A stretch of DNA of 20,000 nt from an uncultured virus (IMG/VR IMGVR_UViG_3300037504_000379) (lineage: Duplodnaviria; Heunggongvirae; Uroviricota; Caudoviricetes; Crassvirales). The position numbers and the translations under genes are program-made. The number at the start of each line of letters is the position of its first letter. Within the stretch, counting starts at the first letter, position 1. The notes under the pieces were generated by a model, which made no database searches, was not told where the DNA came from, and saw nothing but the letters and a program-made list of their open reading frames with translations. This document shows, piece after piece, positions 15,122 through 20,000 of this stretch. Location: the IMG/VR virus record IMGVR_UViG_3300037504_000379; one strand, given 5' to 3'.

Positions 15122-15513
15122 AAAGCTCCCTCTATGTCTTTATATAGCTTTCTAAACTTTTTATCCGTGTCAACAAGATTGTCTACCGTCTTACACGAAT
15201 GCAACACTGTAGCATGATCTTTCCTGCCAGCCTTAAAACCTATATTTTCCAATGACATCTTAAAATGTTTCTTAGCAAAGCTGTGTACTAATTGTCTCGC
15301 CTGAACCACTTCTCTTTTTCTTGTATTTCCATATATAGCCTTCACTGGCACTCCCGTGTATTGACTCACTGTTCGTTCTAGTCTCTCAAAAGTAATCTCT
15401 TCATCCAGCTTCAAGTGATCAAGAATAGCCAGGTTTCCTTTTCGTAGCTCTCCAAGCTTTACCTTGTGATATTTTTTAATATTCATGTACGTCTGTTTTA
15501 TAGGTGAATCCAT
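15118..15513 (-). CDS. stand-alone DnaA C-terminal (domain IV) HTH protein
   Basis: RKREVVQARQL...MSLENIG...RKDHATVLHSCKTV is the Bac_DnaA_C signature; no AAA+ domain. Confidence 0.9.
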   Translation of the reverse strand: MDSPIKQTYMNIKKYHKVKLGELRKGNLAILDHLKLDEEITFERLERTVSQYTGVPVKAIYGNTRKREVVQARQLVHSFAKKHFKMSLENIGFKAGRKDHATVLHSCKTVDNLVDTDKKFRKLYKDIEGAL

Positions 15514-15688
15514 GTCTGTTGTTAAGATAGCTCACTATCTGACTCTTAGGGATAGATGTTTCCCTGTGTAATGCATTAAGAAGAGGAGTCATTGCCTCTC
15601 TATACTCTTTAGCTGTATTCCATAAAGGAATAATGTCCTCTTTTGTTAGTGCCTGCTTGATTATACCTTCTGCTTTTGGTTGTTTCAT
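15476..15688 (-). CDS. hypothetical protein
   Basis: ORF track. Confidence 0.65.
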   Translation of the reverse strand: MKQPKAEGIIKQALTKEDIIPLWNTAKEYREAMTPLLNALHRETSIPKSQIVSYLNNRHGFTYKTDVHEY

Positions 15689-15691
15689 GGT

Positions 15692-16069
15692 TTATCGTTT
15701 TAATATTTTGATTGCTTCTTTTATTCCTGCTAGTTCTGCTTCTTCGTAAGTATTATAATGATAACCCGCCTCCATTATGGACGTATCAACAAAAGAACAT
15801 ACTTCATATTCAAATTCTATTTCTTCTGATGCGCCATACCATTCTACGATAACAGAAATATTCTTCTCATCCCTCAACCATTTTATTACCTCTGCCTGAG
15901 TAGGGGCAGAAATGACAGATGTTTTTTGACTATTGACATCCACGGGTTCTTGTGATAATCCATGCAATCTTTCACTTTCGTTATTACGATACATATTAGA
16001 AACAGGCCAATCAAACCCTAATTCTTTAAGGTCTTTTGCTGTTTGAAAATCTACTATTGGTAAATTCAT
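15692..16069 (-). CDS. conserved Bacteroidota-phage hypothetical protein
   Basis: VDFQTAKDLKELGF...APTQAEVIKWLR...YNTYEEAELAGI pattern. Confidence 0.8.
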   Translation of the reverse strand: MNLPIVDFQTAKDLKELGFDWPVSNMYRNNESERLHGLSQEPVDVNSQKTSVISAPTQAEVIKWLRDEKNISVIVEWYGASEEIEFEYEVCSFVDTSIMEAGYHYNTYEEAELAGIKEAIKILKR

Positions 16070-16135
16070 AATATTATGTTTTAAATTAATAATGTTTCTA
16101 AAGCTTATTGGAGGTTAAAATTTGTGACCTCCAAA

Positions 16136-16684
16136 TTATAGCTTATAATTCTTCATGCCACCTTCCTCTCTGCTACGCCTCAACTTTTCTTTTTCTACAT
16201 AATAAAGACGTAGGGAAATTTCTTTTATTCTTTCCATAAAGGAGTTAAACCACTCAATCTCATGTGCTGGTTCTCCTCCGTGATAGCGTACAATATGACA
16301 ATGTGGGTGAGCCAGTGCCCAATAGTCTGTCCTGGTAAGCAAGTCGTTATCCCTTCCTATAAGATGATGTAAATCTGGCTCTTCATTTATCTTCTCCCCA
16401 CAGAAAATACAATAGTCTCGTCCTTCCTCCTGTGCTATCTTAATAAACTCATCTTTCGTATAACGATATATTTTTTCCTGTGCTTTTCTTTTATCGCTTT
16501 TAGGCTTTATTTTAGCCTTTTTCTTCTTTGAGGACATATTACCCTTCTTTTTATAGAAAGTGTCTCTATGACGCTCTAAAGACTTTTTATAGGCTTTATC
16601 ACTACGTAGATGCTGATGCTTTTTGCAATAGCCATGTGAAAAAACATTGAGTTCACACCCTTTTGCTTTACATTGTTTAGGCAT
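16136..16684 (-). CDS. HNH-type nuclease (NinG/Ref-like) with N-terminal Zn-finger and basic linker
   Basis: CKAKGC...YCKKH; CIFCGE...DLHHLIGR...AHPHCH..YH. Confidence 0.65.
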   Translation of the reverse strand: MPKQCKAKGCELNVFSHGYCKKHQHLRSDKAYKKSLERHRDTFYKKKGNMSSKKKKAKIKPKSDKRKAQEKIYRYTKDEFIKIAQEEGRDYCIFCGEKINEEPDLHHLIGRDNDLLTRTDYWALAHPHCHIVRYHGGEPAHEIEWFNSFMERIKEISLRLYYVEKEKLRRSREEGGMKNYKL

Positions 16685-16705
16685 TTTTCTGTTTATTTAT
16701 TTCGT

Positions 16706-17581
16706 CTACAATCTTACTTTACACCCAATTTTAACTATATCCGATGTTACCTCAACATCATAACCAAACAAGCTTAGTTTAGGCTTAATACGTTCTAATT
16801 CTTCTCCGTTCCATATATAGCCTGCTTTATTTCTTTCATCTATTAACCTTAATTTTTCCGAAGCACTAGCTTTTCTTATGGCACGTGGGTTGTCTGATGA
16901 TTTTAATACACATTGTGGCTCACTATAATATCCCAATTCACTTCCGTATTCTTCATAGCTATTAATAGCATCATTTTTAATGTTTTTATACTTAAAAGTA
17001 ATAAAATGATTTGATCCGGTTATTGTATAAATCTCCCTAGGAATAAATAACAACTTCCACTCTCCATTATCATATATACATGTATCGTTTAAATATAATT
17101 TGTTGTCCTTAAAGGAGAAAGAACTGTACTGATAAACATCGGAAGTTTGTCCTATACTTCGTTTCTTTATACCATCAGTTATTGGAATCTGCTTCAACCT
17201 ACCATCCCATATCCACATTCCACCTTTATAGCCTTTTTCTTTGGCCAGACCAATCAAATAGATTCCATTTTCATTCTTAAACCACTCTATGGTTGCATTG
17301 TCATATTTGTTCCAAAAATTATCAAGCGGTTGATCATTATTGTTAGTTGTATTGCTTTTAATGATATTATACACTTTGTCCCATTCTTCAGGTATATCAA
17401 ATATTAAATCATATTTGTCACTCTCATCAGTTAAAAAGTATTCTTTATTTTCAGTACTAAGAATTAAGTCTGGCTCCTCTAGTTTTTCGCCAAATTTCCA
17501 TTCATTAAATCCAAGTTTGCGCTGAAGCATTTCACCAAACGCTTTTAACATTTCCTTTTCTCCTGTCAGTAAAATTTCCAT
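16706..17581 (-). CDS. hypothetical protein, probable paralog of 11008..11898
   Basis: MLKAF...FDIPEEWDKV...VKIGC shared motifs. Confidence 0.75.
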   Translation of the reverse strand: MEILLTGEKEMLKAFGEMLQRKLGFNEWKFGEKLEEPDLILSTENKEYFLTDESDKYDLIFDIPEEWDKVYNIIKSNTTNNNDQPLDNFWNKYDNATIEWFKNENGIYLIGLAKEKGYKGGMWIWDGRLKQIPITDGIKKRSIGQTSDVYQYSSFSFKDNKLYLNDTCIYDNGEWKLLFIPREIYTITGSNHFITFKYKNIKNDAINSYEEYGSELGYYSEPQCVLKSSDNPRAIRKASASEKLRLIDERNKAGYIWNGEELERIKPKLSLFGYDVEVTSDIVKIGCKVRL

Positions 17582-17585
17582 AGCT

Positions 17586-17852
17586 TTAATGTTTTAATGT
17601 TTTCAAATATCTATCCTTTAAATATCGAAGCACTTTATTGTCTCCGATTGAATATGTCACTCCTCTTTCCTTTAAGGACTTTAAATCATTTAATACATCT
17701 AAAAATTCCTCAAAGGAGAAACGAACACTCGCTTTAGACTTTCCATAGTCAATCACCATGCCCGTTTTACTCATGATCTTAATCTTATCTATTTCTTCCA
17801 ATAGATATTTAAGATTAACAACACTACCATCTATCTCAATAAACTGTGCCAT
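17586..17852 (-). CDS. hypothetical protein
   Basis: ORF track. Confidence 0.75.
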   Translation of the reverse strand: MAQFIEIDGSVVNLKYLLEEIDKIKIMSKTGMVIDYGKSKASVRFSFEEFLDVLNDLKSLKERGVTYSIGDNKVLRYLKDRYLKTLKH

Positions 17853-17854
17853 AC

Positions 17855-18001
17855 CTATCTCTTTTTAGCTGGAATATAATGCTTATCTATTCCCTTATAC
17901 ATATACTTATCTGCTCTGGCAGATGATATTCTCTCAACAGGCAGTCCAGTTAGACTATTATATCCCTTCCTTGGTTCGTAATATTTCTTTTCTTTTGGCA
18001 T
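17855..18001 (-). CDS. small basic hypothetical protein (48 aa)
   Basis: Manual: MPKEKKYYEPRKGYNSLTGLPVERISSARADKYMYKGIDKHYIPAKKR*; fills the gap between neighbours exactly. Confidence 0.6.
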   Translation of the reverse strand: MPKEKKYYEPRKGYNSLTGLPVERISSARADKYMYKGIDKHYIPAKKR

Positions 18002-18002
18002 A

Positions 18003-18893
18003 TCAAAACAATTCTGGTTTCACTTCTTTCACTTTATTAAATGTAAAATACTGAAGGCGTTTGTAATCAATCGTTGGATTTTTAAACTTTTTGACATAAT
18101 TCCAGGATTCTTCTTTAACAAGACAATAAAAAACAGTATTAAGAAGCCTTGGGATCATTTTACTCGTCCAACCACTTTCATTTTCTATCTTAGCATATTC
18201 CTTTTCAATTAACGCCTTAGTCACAAATTCACTAACAATATCTTCTTCTACAAGTTTTTTCTCTTTAACTTCCTGAGGCTTTTGTTTATGAAAATTATCT
18301 TTAAATTCGTTACGTACAATTTTAGCCCACGTTTGTCTTCCAAACTTATTTTTCCATTGATAATTTTTAATAACAATACCTTCTCCTGGTTTTTCTCCGT
18401 CAGAAATAAGATAATAATTCCGATCCAAAAATCCTATAAGCTTTTCATGTGTAGGGTTATTTATAACAGCAATAGGCGGAACATATTCTATATTATACTG
18501 ATCAAGTAGCTCTTTATATTTTTCGTAATGCACATATACCCCTGACGCATCATTATAGACATCGAACACATAAAAATGCTTCCATGCGTCATCTCGATAA
18601 TACTTTACCGTATGGGGCACAAGCCATTCTCCATACAGCCTCATATTGGGATGATCTAAAATGAATTGTCTTAAATTATCTTGCTTAACAGCCCAATTCA
18701 TAAATCCTGCATTGTCGTTATCGAGAGCTAATTGTCTTTTACGACTACCGCACCCCATCTGACCTTTGTCTGTGAGCCATACGGAGGCATTTGTTCCATC
18801 TATTTTGGGAAAAATGTAACATGTCCCAATGTCGATTGCTTCGGTTTCCGTAGTTCCAAACTTTTCAACGTGTTGATACTTTTTAAATTCCAT
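18003..18893 (-). CDS. ATP-dependent RNA ligase (Rnl2-like nucleotidyltransferase)
   Basis: Motif I KIDGTN, GSR, LYGEW, FYVFDV, GEGIVIK, AKIV; start MEFKKYQH at 18893. Confidence 0.85.
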   Translation of the reverse strand: MEFKKYQHVEKFGTTETEAIDIGTCYIFPKIDGTNASVWLTDKGQMGCGSRKRQLALDNDNAGFMNWAVKQDNLRQFILDHPNMRLYGEWLVPHTVKYYRDDAWKHFYVFDVYNDASGVYVHYEKYKELLDQYNIEYVPPIAVINNPTHEKLIGFLDRNYYLISDGEKPGEGIVIKNYQWKNKFGRQTWAKIVRNEFKDNFHKQKPQEVKEKKLVEEDIVSEFVTKALIEKEYAKIENESGWTSKMIPRLLNTVFYCLVKEESWNYVKKFKNPTIDYKRLQYFTFNKVKEVKPELF

Positions 18894-18894
18894 A

Positions 18895-19266
18895 TTATTT
18901 ATTTTTATTTGTATAATTCTTATGACATTCCTTACAAAGAACACGAAGGTCTTTTTTGTGACAAAATAATCTTCTGGCAAACCCTTCTATATGTGACCAA
19001 TCTTTAAGAGTTCCTACAGGAATTATATGATCTACCTGCACTCTTTTAGCAGGAAATTCTTCTCCACATTCAGCACATTTGTAATGCTTTGCCAATTTAC
19101 CCGTATCCTTATTCACCTTGCGTCCCACCTCAGCATCTTTTAGCGCCTCATATTTTGGGGGATATTTGTTCCAAGCTTGTCTTAGTGCTGAACGAATAAA
19201 TGTCCAGAATTTAGAATTACTCCAGTTTTCGTAATTTTCAAATATTCCACTCGTTTTTTTAGCCAT
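18895..19266 (-). CDS. HNH endonuclease (FIRSALR-type small phage HNH)
   Basis: YKCAECG...VQVDHI...LRVLCKECH. Confidence 0.85.
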   Translation of the reverse strand: MAKKTSGIFENYENWSNSKFWTFIRSALRQAWNKYPPKYEALKDAEVGRKVNKDTGKLAKHYKCAECGEEFPAKRVQVDHIIPVGTLKDWSHIEGFARRLFCHKKDLRVLCKECHKNYTNKNK

Positions 19267-19876
19267 CTGTTTTTAATATTTCATCTACAGAATAATTTCT
19301 TCTATAACGTTTGTGTATCATCCAATAAGACATTCCTAAATATATAGACCATTGCTTTAATGTCATAGATTTACCCTGATATTCTAATATTACATTGCTT
19401 CTTTTATTATTAGATTGTTCTGTGTAACTAGCCCACTTACAGTTATCAGGATGATAACCATCATCATTATCTATTCTTTCTATTGTTAAGGATACTCCCG
19501 GAACACCCATATCATCTATAAAATTCTTAAAACTATTCTTCCACCTATCACATACAAAAATACCCCGTCCTCCATAATTCTCATAATTGCCTGAATTTGA
19601 ATTATAACATCTATTCTTCATACCTCGCCAAACGCTATAGGCTTTAGGGTATTTTTTCTTGTAGGAATTAATATATTTTGCTTTCATTTTATCTTTCCTA
19701 TAACAGCCACAGCTTTTTGTATGACCATTTTTAAGTCTGTACCCTAAAACCGTAACCTCTTCTCCACAATCACAAATACATGCCCATATAGAGTTTCCTT
19801 TAACGTCACTATTCACCCTCCTCACAACTGATAGCCTATAAAATTTTCTGCCAACAAGGTCTAATGCTTTACTCAT
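19259..19876 (-). CDS. free-standing HNH homing endonuclease
   Basis: DLVGRKF, WACICDCG, KSCGC, MKNRCYN, YGGRGI.VCDRW, IERIDNDDGYHPDNCKWA; ATG at 19876. Confidence 0.85.
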   Translation of the reverse strand: MSKALDLVGRKFYRLSVVRRVNSDVKGNSIWACICDCGEEVTVLGYRLKNGHTKSCGCYRKDKMKAKYINSYKKKYPKAYSVWRGMKNRCYNSNSGNYENYGGRGIFVCDRWKNSFKNFIDDMGVPGVSLTIERIDNDDGYHPDNCKWASYTEQSNNKRSNVILEYQGKSMTLKQWSIYLGMSYWMIHKRYRRNYSVDEILKTDG

Positions 19877-20000
19877 CTCCAAGCCTCGCTTTCCTTAATA
19901 TTTCATTAAACGTATATTCATCCAACATCTTTTGTGCTTCTTCCACAAACTTAATCTCCACGAAATACATATCAGGAGGGTTGTTGCGTAGCTTTACTAT
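19869..20000 (-). CDS. 3' end of hypothetical protein (partial)
   Basis: Open frame IVKLRNNPPDMYFVEIKFVEEAQKMLDEYTFNEILRKARLGDE* overlapping the next start. Confidence 0.55.
   Translation of the reverse strand: MVKLRNNPPDMYFVEIKFVEEAQKMLDEYTFNEILRKARLGDE

Noticed and set aside
12888..19007. ORFs 12888..13088(-), 17147..17407(+), 17340..17525(+), 18282..18509(+), 18732..19007(+)
   Set aside because: Antisense shadows with no recognisable motifs
1..20000. Stop-codon reassignment as in some crAss-like phages
   Set aside because: Recognisable genes (clamp, UDG, ligase, HNHs) are intact in code 11; TAG read-through at 16706 would add only 2-3 residues

Overview
AT-rich (roughly 30-35% GC by eye) segment of a dsDNA tailed-phage genome, most likely infecting Bacteroidota: starts are A-rich and mostly lack an SD (…TTATG), and TATCTTTG -7-type boxes occur. 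Bases 1-14.6 kb are a + strand run of short early/accessory genes, including a PGDYG-family C-terminus, a MarR-like wHTH, an acidic ArdA-like protein, a beta sliding-clamp homolog and a family-4 uracil-DNA glycosylase. Bases 14.6-20 kb are a convergent - strand block with a stand-alone DnaA C-terminal domain, three HNH-type nucleases and an Rnl2-type ligase, and a bidirectional terminator separates the two blocks. The most striking unexplained structure is two integrase-less arrays of attC-like palindromic sites (2233-3168 and 8553-9418, with a likely relic at 4944-5022). Genes sit between the sites, as in integron cassettes, and also inside the hairpin loops, where they are bracketed by a conserved GCAC-N9-TACGAG direct repeat. 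'Empty' units carry a conserved CGTTTTAATG loop. I interpret this as a candidate nested gene-capture/shuffling system. Also present are a 214-bp diverged duplication around array A and a recurrent TTGYGGA…TCCRCAA paired motif in the early region.
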